DNA of 24,000 nucleotides, taken from an uncultured Thermoplasmatales archaeon. GTDB lineage: Archaea > Thermoplasmatota > E2 > DHVEG-1. This document shows, piece after piece, positions 8,009 through 17,400 of this stretch. The stretch's first letter is position 1; every line of letters starts with the position of its first letter. The stretch spans positions 31,439-55,438 of the forward strand of contig CAZTMK010000015.1 of assembly GCA_964615235.1 (NCBI GenBank), in the 5' to 3' direction. The notes below the pieces were generated by a model that had not been told where the DNA came from, did not search any database, and worked only from the letters and a program-made list of their open reading frames with translations. Both the position numbers and the translations under genes were made by a program.

Positions 8009-8981
8009 TCAACGGTGCAAAACTAATATACCAGCCTATAGGGAAAACAATCAAAATTATTGTAATCGTTTCACCAACTGTAGAGAGTAACGTGATTGGT
8101 ACAAGCGAATATCGCAAAAACGATTGAATTCCTATATATTTTCTTATCCGGCTTCTGTCAAATTTTTTAATTGTCAACAATCTTAAGTTGAAAAATAGTA
8201 CACCAGACGATCCTAGTACAAGTATTGCCAATTGAAAAATGCTATAAGATACATTAAAAAATACAAATGGCGAAAATAAAAGAAAAATTGAAAATAATCT
8301 AATACCCATACCAAAAATCTTGAAGCTGTTGGGAATAAAAATATTTTCACCCTTGACTTTTACACCGACATTTAAGGCAATGTTACTAACACCCATTTTG
8401 TAATCATGATCAGCATCTTTTATTCCTCCCTCTACTGCATTCATATGAAGAGTCTGATTAAAGGTCAAAATAAAAATTATCCAAGTCAAAATTCCGGGAG
8501 CACCAAATGAAAGCGCTCCAAATAAAAAAACAAATGACATTGATATTGCTACAAAAAAATCAGAACCTGCAATTTTTTTACCATATATGTTATAAAAACT
8601 TCCGAGAATGCCTGCGATTATTATACAAATTAATGCCATGAATTTGTATTCATCAAGAGTTTTTCCCCTCCACAGAATAAAAATAAATAAAAATGTTAAC
8701 AAAATTAAAAATATACTTATAGTAAGGGCACTTTTTTTTGAAATGTCTCCGCTTACCAAAGGCTTACCATGAAGTTCTGGGATTAATTTGTCAAGCTCAA
8801 CATCGGAATAATCATTTAGAATAAAACCGTATATTGCAGCAAAAGCACCTATTATAAAAAGTAAAGACAAGCTGTAGAGATCTACAACCCCAACGGTAAT
8901 GGCTGCAATTATTGTAGGAGTGGCAAGTGCAGCGAGACCGGGAATGCGTAGCAATCTGGCATACGCAGCAACTTTATTCAT
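7977..8981 (-). CDS. UbiA-family prenyltransferase (paralog 2)
   Basis: 334-aa polytopic ORF. Motifs LNDYSDVELDKLIPELHGKPLVSG and IKDADHDYKMGVSNIAL. The C-terminal signature KKFDRSRIRKYIG...LVPITLLS...KPRM is shared with paralog 3. Confidence 0.9.
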   Translation of the reverse strand: MNKVAAYARLLRIPGLAALATPTIIAAITVGVVDLYSLSLLFIIGAFAAIYGFILNDYSDVELDKLIPELHGKPLVSGDISKKSALTISIFLILLTFLFIFILWRGKTLDEYKFMALICIIIAGILGSFYNIYGKKIAGSDFFVAISMSFVFLFGALSFGAPGILTWIIFILTFNQTLHMNAVEGGIKDADHDYKMGVSNIALNVGVKVKGENIFIPNSFKIFGMGIRLFSIFLLFSPFVFFNVSYSIFQLAILVLGSSGVLFFNLRLLTIKKFDRSRIRKYIGIQSFLRYSLVPITLLSTVGETITIILIVFPIGWYISFAPLIGEKLFKPRM

Positions 8982-9030
8982 ATTTGTTAGAAGAAATGCT
9001 GGTATTAAATATTTTTCTAAATTTTGGTTA

Positions 9031-9330
9031 AAACCTAATAAAATTTATCTAGAATTACTAAAGCGAGAGTGGGATATTATCTACGTTTACAGATTAGATA
9101 GATGGGGTAGAACGCTTAAAGATTTAATCAAGGAGATTGAAACTTTGGTAAACCATAAGGTTAATTTTGTGTCATTAACTTAGAACATTGATTTATCAAC
9201 AGTAACTAATAAGTTACAATTTCATATTATTGGTCCATTTGCAAAATTTGAACGACCAATCGTAAGTGAAAGAACAAAACTTGGTCCAGAGCATGCAAGG
9301 AAACAAGGAAAAAAATTGGCAGACCATAAG
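9031..9330 (+). pseudogene. serine recombinase (resolvase/invertase) remnant, N-terminally truncated with in-frame TAG
   Basis: The frame reads KPNKIYLELLKREWDIIYVYRLDRWGRTLKDLIKEIETLVNHKVNFVSLT*NIDLSTVTNKLQFHIIGPFAKFERPIVSERTKLGPEHARKQGKKLA. This matches the resolvase core pattern (..LDRxGR...l...gv.f.s..e.iD......l.f.i...a.fER..i.eRt..G...Ar..G). The catalytic-Ser N-terminus (~60 aa) is missing. A stop lies at 9181-9183. The GRP/HTH tail is degenerate. Confidence 0.7.
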
Positions 9331-9481
9331 GTTCAAGAGACAAAAAAGAAGAAAGAGCGGTTACTATCTCAGATATGCAAAGAATTAGTCATTTTAATGT
9401 ATCATTTGTTCCTTTATAATTTCGTAACATTTAAATTAAATTATATTATTGTGTCATAAAATCCAAAGGGGGTAAAGTAAC

Positions 9482-10474
9482 ATGGAAGGAGGAATGTTTA
9501 GAAAAAGTATAATTGTAGTATTAGTGATGCTAATAGCCAGTACAGTAATACTTCCTACAATAACGGTGATAAGTGAAGAGTTAAAAAATGACATAGTTGT
9601 TCCGAGGGACTATCAAACCATCCAAGAAGCAATCGATAATGCAAATCCGGGGGATTCAATCTTAGTCTGGAGCGGCATTTATCAGGAAAATATCCATATT
9701 TATCAGGGTAAAAACAATATTCAAATTATTGGAAATTACTCTGATAGACCCGTTATTGATGGCGGTAGAAATTGTGATGTTGTAAAAATAGTTGCCAATA
9801 ATATAATTTTAAGTAATTTTTATATTAGAATGAGTGGCGAACTTAGTAATGGTATATCAATTCGCGCTCAAGGAATTCAAATAGAAAATTGTTGTATAAC
9901 CAATAATTTTCAAGGTATTTTTATTAATTCACAGGTCTCCTTCAATATAAATATAAGTGATTGTGAGATTGTTAATAATAGTTATTGGGGAATATTGATA
10001 GAAGATAATTGTAATGATATTACAATAAATAATTCTGTTATATCACAAAATAAAAATGGAATTACTGCAAAAGATTCACAGCTTATAAGTATTATCGACA
10101 ATCAAATTAATGAAAACGATTGGATAGGAGTCGCTATTGAGGGAAAATCTTCACACGATAATTTAATTGATTCAAACGACATTATCAATAACGACATTGG
10201 TATATATTTTTGGTGTTCTGGGCGTAATAACATTGTTAGTGGAAATAATATAATTGACAATGACTCTCCAATTGTATTCAAATGGTCTAGCAGACAGAAA
10301 TTATCTGGAAATTATTGGGAACCGAGAAGATATCCTTCATTTGTGAATATTTTATATAACTTATTAAATAAACCAATTCCGTACTACATAATCGGGCATG
10401 GTGGATATCCACCAGCATTCTATCTACCTCCATTTATCTACATTGATAGCGAACCAAAAATGGAAAGAATATAG
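9482..10474 (+). CDS. secreted right-handed parallel beta-helix repeat protein (NosD/PbH1-like)
   Basis: 330 aa with an N-terminal hydrophobic anchor/signal. YQTIQEAIDNANPGDSILVWSGIYQENI is followed by many N/I/G-rich ~22-aa coils (NNIILSNFYI, IENCCITNN, ISDCEIVNN, ITINNSVISQN, IIDNQINEN, LIDSNDIINN, IVSGNNIIDN). The start may be ATG 9482 or 9494. Confidence 0.85.
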   Translation: MEGGMFRKSIIVVLVMLIASTVILPTITVISEELKNDIVVPRDYQTIQEAIDNANPGDSILVWSGIYQENIHIYQGKNNIQIIGNYSDRPVIDGGRNCDVVKIVANNIILSNFYIRMSGELSNGISIRAQGIQIENCCITNNFQGIFINSQVSFNINISDCEIVNNSYWGILIEDNCNDITINNSVISQNKNGITAKDSQLISIIDNQINENDWIGVAIEGKSSHDNLIDSNDIINNDIGIYFWCSGRNNIVSGNNIIDNDSPIVFKWSSRQKLSGNYWEPRRYPSFVNILYNLLNKPIPYYIIGHGGYPPAFYLPPFIYIDSEPKMERI

Positions 10475-10541
10475 AGCTCTATAATAATGAATTATCATAC
10501 AAAATTCATTGGCTTTAGTAATAAATACACATTAAAATTTT

Positions 10542-10560
10542 GAGGGTAAAAAAATCCCTC
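10542..10560 (+). terminator. possible stem-loop between convergent genes
   Basis: GAGGG-taaaaaaat-CCCTC followed by T-rich sequence (cttaattttctttat). It lies 68 nt after the beta-helix gene stop. The stem is short, so this is weak. Confidence 0.3.
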
Positions 10561-10637
10561 CTTAATTTTCTTTATATTATCTCTTTATTTCACAATCTAG
10601 TAAAATAGTGTTCAATTTTTTAGAATTTATGATGATG

Positions 10638-11672
10638 TTACATTGTTTTTGGCTGAAGCAATGTTTTATGTAAAATTAAATTTGATAAAATAAAGCCAAT
10701 ACCTGGGAAGAACATCAGTATTCCCGCCCAGGGATTTAGACTCATTAGCATTACTGGAACAAGTGCGAAATTTATCATATAATGGCTTCCTATGTACTTT
10801 CTTGCTTTTTCTCTCTCAAATTTTTTCATTGAAAGTAGTCTATAAGAAAGAATAAACATCAAAATTGCAACAAATGCAAGTATTGCCCATTGTATGTATT
10901 GTAATGTAGCATTTTGTGAAAAACCTGTAATTATGAAGAAAGGTAAAAACACTACAACAATGTCGCATATCTGGATAAAAAATGCTAGTGCTTTAAACTT
11001 GTTAGATACAATTAGTAAACCATCAGAAATTCTTACACCTAGTTTTATTGCCGCTGTTTTTGCACCCTTTACATAGTCATTTTCAACATCCTTCATCCCT
11101 CCTGCGACAATTTGCATAAACAGCACTTGAATGGCACCTAGAATACAAACAATCCAGCCAATAAAAGAAATATCAGAAAAACTCCTTACTGCTTCTCCAT
11201 TAGAATATCCGTAAAATGCACCATATAAAATTAAGAAAAATATTCCTATAGAAACCAAAATGTCCATGAAAGGCAATTTTTTGCTTATTAGATCGTATAG
11301 AACTATAAAAAATGCTGAAGCTGCGATTACTACAGTTGGAATAAAATTTGAAAACCTCATTACCAGATAACCTGCAATAATAAATGCAATAAACATTGAC
11401 ATTATTGCAAAAGCCTTCGCATTTCTCATTGAAATTGTCCCGCTTATCAATGGTCTATCACTGATTTCCTTTGATGACTCATCTAGCTTATAATCGATAA
11501 TGTCATTGAAAACAAATCCAAAAGTATGACCAAAAAAACCTACTAGAAACAAAAGTAGTAGAATGAAAATGTCATACTGTTGCATAGCAATTGCACCCAT
11601 AACTGGTGAAACCCCTGTCAAAACTGCATTAAATGAACGGGCAAGTTTGAGATATTCTCGGATTTTAACCAT
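10638..11672 (-). CDS. UbiA-family prenyltransferase (paralog 3)
   Basis: 344-aa polytopic ORF. Motifs FNDIIDYKLDESSKEISDRPLISG and MKDVENDYVKGAKTAAIKLG. The C-terminal signature KKFEREKARKYIG...LVPVMLMS...QPKTM parallels paralog 2. Confidence 0.9.
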   Translation of the reverse strand: MVKIREYLKLARSFNAVLTGVSPVMGAIAMQQYDIFILLLLFLVGFFGHTFGFVFNDIIDYKLDESSKEISDRPLISGTISMRNAKAFAIMSMFIAFIIAGYLVMRFSNFIPTVVIAASAFFIVLYDLISKKLPFMDILVSIGIFFLILYGAFYGYSNGEAVRSFSDISFIGWIVCILGAIQVLFMQIVAGGMKDVENDYVKGAKTAAIKLGVRISDGLLIVSNKFKALAFFIQICDIVVVFLPFFIITGFSQNATLQYIQWAILAFVAILMFILSYRLLSMKKFEREKARKYIGSHYMINFALVPVMLMSLNPWAGILMFFPGIGFILSNLILHKTLLQPKTM

Positions 11673-11785
11673 ATGGCTTCTATGGAAATATATAAGACAT
11701 AAAAAACCATCGATTAAAAAATGCAGTTTTAATCTAATTTTCCTTAAATTTTAAAAAGGAAAATACAATTTCGAGGACAAATATT

Positions 11786-12397
11786 ATGAAAATACTAGCA
11801 GCAGCAGATATTCATGGTTCGCAATACCGTTTAAATTTAATTTTATCAAATGTTTCTAAATACTCACCCGACTTAGTTATCATTTGTGGAGATATTACCC
11901 AATTCGGACCTGGCGAAGTGGCTACCCAATTTCTCAATCAAATTCCTGTTGAAACACTTGCACTTACCGGCAACATTGATCCATCGGAGGTAAACGGGGC
12001 AATCGATGAAAGCAGAGCAACAAATGTAAATATGAAAATAGTAAAGAAAGACTCATTTACATTTGCTGGAGTTAGCGGTGTTGATGAACGTCAAACAAAG
12101 GAATTTGCAGAAAATTATGGAAAACTAATTGATAAAGATACTATTTTAATAACACATGTCCCTCCCCACGGTTTACATGATAGGGTTTTTCTTGGGATGC
12201 ATTCTGGAAGCAAGGAGTTAAGAAAATTAGTAGACAACCGTCATCCAAAACTTGTATTGTGCGGTCATATTCATGAAGACCCTGGTTTTACAAAAATTAA
12301 TAACACTGTCGTTGTAAATTGCAGTCTTGGTAAAAGAGGAGAAGGTGCACTTATTACTTTTGAGAAAGATAATTTAGATGTTCAAATGATAGAGTAA
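11786..12397 (+). CDS. calcineurin-like metallophosphoesterase
   Basis: 203 aa with the ordered motifs ADIHG, CGDITQFG, GNID, THVPPHG and CGHIHE. GAGGA lies upstream. Confidence 0.85.
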   Translation: MKILAAADIHGSQYRLNLILSNVSKYSPDLVIICGDITQFGPGEVATQFLNQIPVETLALTGNIDPSEVNGAIDESRATNVNMKIVKKDSFTFAGVSGVDERQTKEFAENYGKLIDKDTILITHVPPHGLHDRVFLGMHSGSKELRKLVDNRHPKLVLCGHIHEDPGFTKINNTVVVNCSLGKRGEGALITFEKDNLDVQMIE

Positions 12398-12399
12398 TT

Positions 12400-14079
12400 T
12401 CATTTTTGTTGATTTTGAATCTTGGCCCATGTATCCCTAAGTCCTACGGTTTTGTTAATTATCAAGGAATTCTTCTTTGTATCTGAGTCAATGCAGAAAT
12501 AACCAAGGCGCTCGAATTGAAAACGATCAAAAGGTTTTAGATTCTTTATTGATGGTTCCACTTTACAAGAATTTAAAATTTTTAATGAGTCTGGATTGAT
12601 AAATTCCTTGTAATCAACTCCTTTATGCCCGGTTGGGTTTTCTACGGTAAATAATTTTTCGTATAACCTAATTTCTGCATCAATTGCATGAGGTCCAGAG
12701 ACCCAGTGAATAGTTGATTTTACGCGTCTTCCGTCTGGTGCATATCCACCTTTTGTGACGGGATCATAGGTACATCTGAGTTCAACAACTTTGTCACCCT
12801 CTTTAATTGCTTCTTGACAGGTAATAAAATAAGCATATCTTAGTCTAACCTCTCTACCAGGTGCAAGCCTGTAGAATTTTTTTGGAGGATTTTCCATAAA
12901 ATCGTCTTGTTCAATAAATAAGGTTTTTGAAAATGGAACCATGCGAGTTCCAGCATCAGGATTTTCTGGGTTCATTATTGCCTCTACTTGTTCTACTTTA
13001 TCATTTGGATAGTTATCTATTACTACTTTTAATGGATTTAAAACCCCCATAAATCTGGGAGCAGTTTTATTTAAATCATTTCTTACGCAATGTTCCAAAA
13101 ATTCCATTGAAATTATGCTGTTTACCTTGGCTACCCCAATGCGGCTACAAAAATCTCTAATTGATGAAGGAGAGTATCCTCGTCGTCTCATCCCACTTAT
13201 TGTAGGCATTCTGGGATCATCCCAGCCTTTTACTAGACTACTTTGGACCAACTCAAGAAGCATTCTCTTGCTCATAATTGTGTAGGTTAAATTAAGTCTT
13301 GCAAATTCTATCTGCTGGGGATGGTAAACTCCAAGTTGATCAAGAAACCAGTCGTATAAAGGTCTGTGATTTTCAAATTCCAAAGTGCAAATTGAATGAG
13401 TAATACCTTCAATTGAATCTTCAAGCCCGTGTGCCCAGTCATACATGGGGTATATGCACCACTTATCCCCGCTTCTATGGTGGGATTGATGAAGAATTCT
13501 ATACATGACAGGGTCTCTCATATTGAGATTTGGATGAGCCATATCGATTTTTGCCCTAAGGACCTTTTCACCGTCAGCAAATCCACCTGCCTTCATCTTT
13601 TCAAGTAATTCTAGGTTTTCCTCTATGGATCTATTGCGATATGGGCTTTCTTTTCCAGGCTGTGTTAATGTACCACGATTCTTACTTATTTCATCAGAAG
13701 GTGAATCATCAACATAAGCTTGTCCTTGTTTTACCAACTGAACTGCATATTCATACATTTTGTCAAAATAATCTGATGCAAAAAGTAGACGATCTCCCCA
13801 ATTAAATCCAAGCCATTTTACATCTTCAATTATAGATTTTACGTACTCTTGTTCCTCCTTGGAAGGATTGGTATCGTCAAATCGTAAGTTACACAAACCA
13901 TTGTACTCTTCAGCGATTCCAAAATTTAGACAAATTGATTTTGCATGACCGATGTGAAGATAACCATTTGGTTCTGGTGGAAAACGTGTGTGAACTCTTC
14001 CATCGTATTTGTTTGTTCTTAGGTCCTCATCTATTATTTCTCTTATAAAATCACGTGGAGATTCATCTTTATTTTCCAT
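12400..14079 (-). CDS. glnS: glutamine--tRNA ligase (GlnRS), bacterial-type with no N-terminal extension
   Basis: 559 aa. The class I HIGH motif is in [25 protein letters not shown] and the KMSKS-type motif in TIMSKR. Long strings are identical or near-identical to E. coli GlnRS as I recall it ([44 protein letters not shown]). GGTGAT SD lies upstream. Confidence 0.95.
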   Translation of the reverse strand: MENKDESPRDFIREIIDEDLRTNKYDGRVHTRFPPEPNGYLHIGHAKSICLNFGIAEEYNGLCNLRFDDTNPSKEEQEYVKSIIEDVKWLGFNWGDRLLFASDYFDKMYEYAVQLVKQGQAYVDDSPSDEISKNRGTLTQPGKESPYRNRSIEENLELLEKMKAGGFADGEKVLRAKIDMAHPNLNMRDPVMYRILHQSHHRSGDKWCIYPMYDWAHGLEDSIEGITHSICTLEFENHRPLYDWFLDQLGVYHPQQIEFARLNLTYTIMSKRMLLELVQSSLVKGWDDPRMPTISGMRRRGYSPSSIRDFCSRIGVAKVNSIISMEFLEHCVRNDLNKTAPRFMGVLNPLKVVIDNYPNDKVEQVEAIMNPENPDAGTRMVPFSKTLFIEQDDFMENPPKKFYRLAPGREVRLRYAYFITCQEAIKEGDKVVELRCTYDPVTKGGYAPDGRRVKSTIHWVSGPHAIDAEIRLYEKLFTVENPTGHKGVDYKEFINPDSLKILNSCKVEPSIKNLKPFDRFQFERLGYFCIDSDTKKNSLIINKTVGLRDTWAKIQNQQK

Positions 14080-14475
14080 CTCATCACCATATAGATTATA
14101 CTACTATATTGCTTTGACATCTTAAATGATAAACAGCAGTAATTAAAAAATAAACAAATAAAGATTTTGTATAATTTCATTGTTAAAAATCATCTTTACA
14201 ACAGCAAATTAAACAAAATTCACTTAAATAAGTTCAACTGAAACGGTTTTAATATTAACATAGAAAAATTTATAAAATAATAACTGATAAATATCTTAGA
14301 ATAAAACTTAGAATAAAATAATGATCTTCTTATAGATATATATTGGATATTATCTATATTAATAAAGGGGGAAAATATTCAAAATATGGAGGAAATGTTA
14401 ACGGAAGAGTAGGAAATACATAAAGAGGAATTTTTGAAATATGTTTAAAATAAAATTGTAAATGGGGAAGAAATT

Positions 14476-17400
14476 ATGAAAAATAAATATTTATTAATAA
14501 TAATATGTACGATAGTGTTTTTTGCTATTTTGGCAGCAAATACAGTAAATGCAGTAACAATTGAACCAAATCCAGAATTACAAGCAACATGTGGCATTGA
14601 TATTGCCCTTGTTCTTGACAGTTCGGGAAGCATTAGTTCCTCAGATATGGTCGTCATGAAAAATGCATTTATAGGATTTGTTAATATCCTATTACCTAAC
14701 ACTCCTACACAATTTAGTGTCATCGATTTTGATGATAATGCGGTAATATTGCAATCATTTACTAATAATAAAACAGACATTATTAATGCAATCAATATGC
14801 CTACATCAGGTGGTTGTACAAACTGGGAGGATGGTCTCATAAAAGCAAATGACACCTTTGATCCCAGAGTTGATAAACCAGACCTTGTTTTGTTTGCATC
14901 GGATGGTAACCCCAATACTGTTTATGGCGGATCGCCATGTGGTACATCTGAATCCGCTGCAGTTTCCGCAGCAGTTGCGATTGCTAATACAATGAAATTA
15001 GATGGCATTCGTATTATCACTCTTGGAATTGGAGATGATATAGATTCAGCTAATCTAATCGCGATATCAAGTTCAGATGCATATTACGATGTTGATGAAT
15101 TTGATGAACTTGAAGATACGCTTGAAACTATTGCCAGCGAATTGTGTGGGGGAACAATATCAGTACAAAAGAAAGTAGATGGCGAACCAGAAGCAGGTTG
15201 GGAATTTACCCTGACCGTAACAAATGGTACAGCAACACCAAATCCTGGGATAACAGATGATTTGGGATTTGTTGTTTTTGATATTAATATTACCCAAGGT
15301 TCCGAGGCAATTGTAAATATTACTGAGACTCTAAAAACTGGTTATCTGTTTGATAGTGTATACGCCCAAAACTGTACAGGTGCTATAGTTGGAACTCCGG
15401 GCACTAATGCAATATATGGTATACCAGTGAGGGGAGATTGCGCGATCTATTGTCTGTTCAATAATACTAATCTAACTGGTTTGGATGACACACCACCTGT
15501 TACAAATAAAACTGTTAGCGATCCAAAGTATGGACCAAATGATGAATGGGTCACGGAATCGACTGAATTCAATCTAACCGCATTTGATAATGAGTCAGGT
15601 GTCAATGCAACCTATTATAGAATCTGGTATATGGGTTCATGGAGTCTTTGGGAGGTATATGATGGGAATTTCACACTAGATGGAAATTGTATGCATTACA
15701 TTGAGTTTTATTCTGTAGATAATGCTGGTAACATAGAACCCGTGCAAAACCAAACTCACTATGTTGATGAGATGGCGCCAATAACTAATCCTTATCCACC
15801 TGAATTTGGAATTCCATACACAACGATTGAATATGAGGGAGAACAATATGTTGTTATCAATTGTACTACACCCATGTGGATCAATGTAACAGATCCAAGC
15901 TGCGGTATTGGAGTTTTAAATATTTCATATTCTGTTTGGTATTATGATACATCATCTTCAAGTTATGTAAAGATACCTGGTTCAGAAAGGGAAGTACATG
16001 ATAATGATATTTATGATCTTGATCCTGATCTGGGCGAGATATCTGTGTCACTAACCATTGATGAGGAATGTTTGCATCAAGTAAGATGGACGGTTTTTGA
16101 CCTGTTTGGGCATTTCGCAATTTATAATTATTCATTTGCAGTTGACTGCACACCGCCTACTATAACAAAAACACACCCAATTTGCTATATTCCAATAGAT
16201 CCTGATACAGGATGGATTGGAGTCTGTAACGAGATAACACTTAGTGCAATAGATGGTGGTACTTTTCCATGTATATCTGGTGTTGATGATATATTTTGGG
16301 GTTTCACATATGAAGGTACATGGCATCCTATAGACCCATTTGATAGTTATGGTGGCAACACTGTTGGTTATTTTAAAGATGATAAATGGTGGTATACATA
16401 TAGTCCTTCACTTAATGTACATTGGCTTGAAACAGGCTTGCATGTTTTGGAATATTGGGCAAAAGATAAAGTAAACAATATGGGTCCAACACATACACAG
16501 ACCTATTGGGCTAACATATGTCAACCGGAAATATGGGTGGATGATGATTATACAAGTTCCACGCCTGGCTGGCGGATAACTCATTTCAACAGTATTCGTT
16601 ATGGTTTGGAATGGCTTGAATCTGGGGGAACTGCTCATATCCATAAAGGCATTTATCTGGAAGATATTGTTGTTGATGATGTTCCATGTTGTGATAACAC
16701 CGGTATTACAATAGAGGGAGTTGAGTGTTATCCTTCACTTCCAAAACAAAGTGGAGCAGTTATTGTCGGAACTATTACAATTAAAGTAAATGACGTAAGT
16801 ATTAATTGTCTAATGTTTGAGCCCACAAGTGATCCGGCAATTACTGTAGAGGGAAGCGGAGCGGTAATTCAACATAATATATTCTTTAAGGAATGCTTAG
16901 CTGATGCCACAGCCATTGAAAACATGGGTCAATCAATGGTTGAAGCACGTTACAACTATTGGGGAGCACCAAACGGCCCCTCAGGAGGAGTTATAGATCC
17001 AGTTACAGGAATGGAAGCAGATGGCTATGGAACGATTCTGCTTGGAGATAATATTAGATTTGATCCTTGGGCAGGAGTACACGCACAGATAAAAGCATCA
17101 AAAACAGAAGTTGAACCTGGACAAAGCATAGTATTCAGCTCAGAACCATACAGCTTTGCATACTATATCGATGGTACACCAAATGACTATCACGTACTAT
17201 GGGATTTCGGTGATGGAGAGTACAGCCAGGACAAGACAATAGGCCATGTATTCGACATGCCAGGTACCTACCAAGTAAGCTTAAGGATAAGAGCAGGTGA
17301 CACGTCATTACATCCGGGTTTCATGTATGACTGGGATTATGTAACCATTCATGTATTAGAGCCGGGAGCACCATTGACGGTAAGTGCTGATGGCCCTGGA

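Noticed and set aside
7389-8127. Chain of plus-strand ORFs (7389-7715, 7696-7881, 7851-8090, 7924-8127) and similar ones at 6532-6771 and 6913-7101
   Set aside because: All are antisense to the strongly supported GGR, CrtI-like and UbiA genes. Their products are low-complexity S/F/L/P-rich sequences, and they overlap each other.
8899-9183. 94-aa ORF from the track taken as an intact gene
   Set aside because: It is chimeric. Its first ~44 codons are antisense to, or upstream of, UbiA paralog 2 and are meaningless. Only the last ~50 codons carry resolvase similarity, which continues in the same frame past the TAG. It is better described as a pseudogene fragment (9031-9330).
9181-9183. In-frame TAG in the resolvase-like frame as pyrrolysine recoding or programmed readthrough
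   Set aside because: The frame also lacks the whole catalytic N-terminal domain and has a degenerate GRP/HTH tail. It would be non-functional even if read through. Nothing in the window suggests Pyl machinery, and TAA/TGA/TAG all appear to act as stops here.
10629-10656. C/D-box-sRNA-like ATGATGA ... CTGA pair
   Set aside because: Only one C-like and one D-like box are present, with 17-nt spacing. I found no C'/D' pair or terminal stem. It overlaps the 3' end of UbiA paralog 3 on the other strand. Such short boxes are expected by chance in AT-rich DNA.
14445-14915. 156-aa minus-strand ORF overlapping the start of the large surface-protein gene
   Set aside because: It is entirely antisense to the vWA-coding region, which has a clear MIDAS motif and domain logic. 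The antisense product has no motifs, and it starts inside the plus-strand gene's RBS region. It is a typical shadow ORF.
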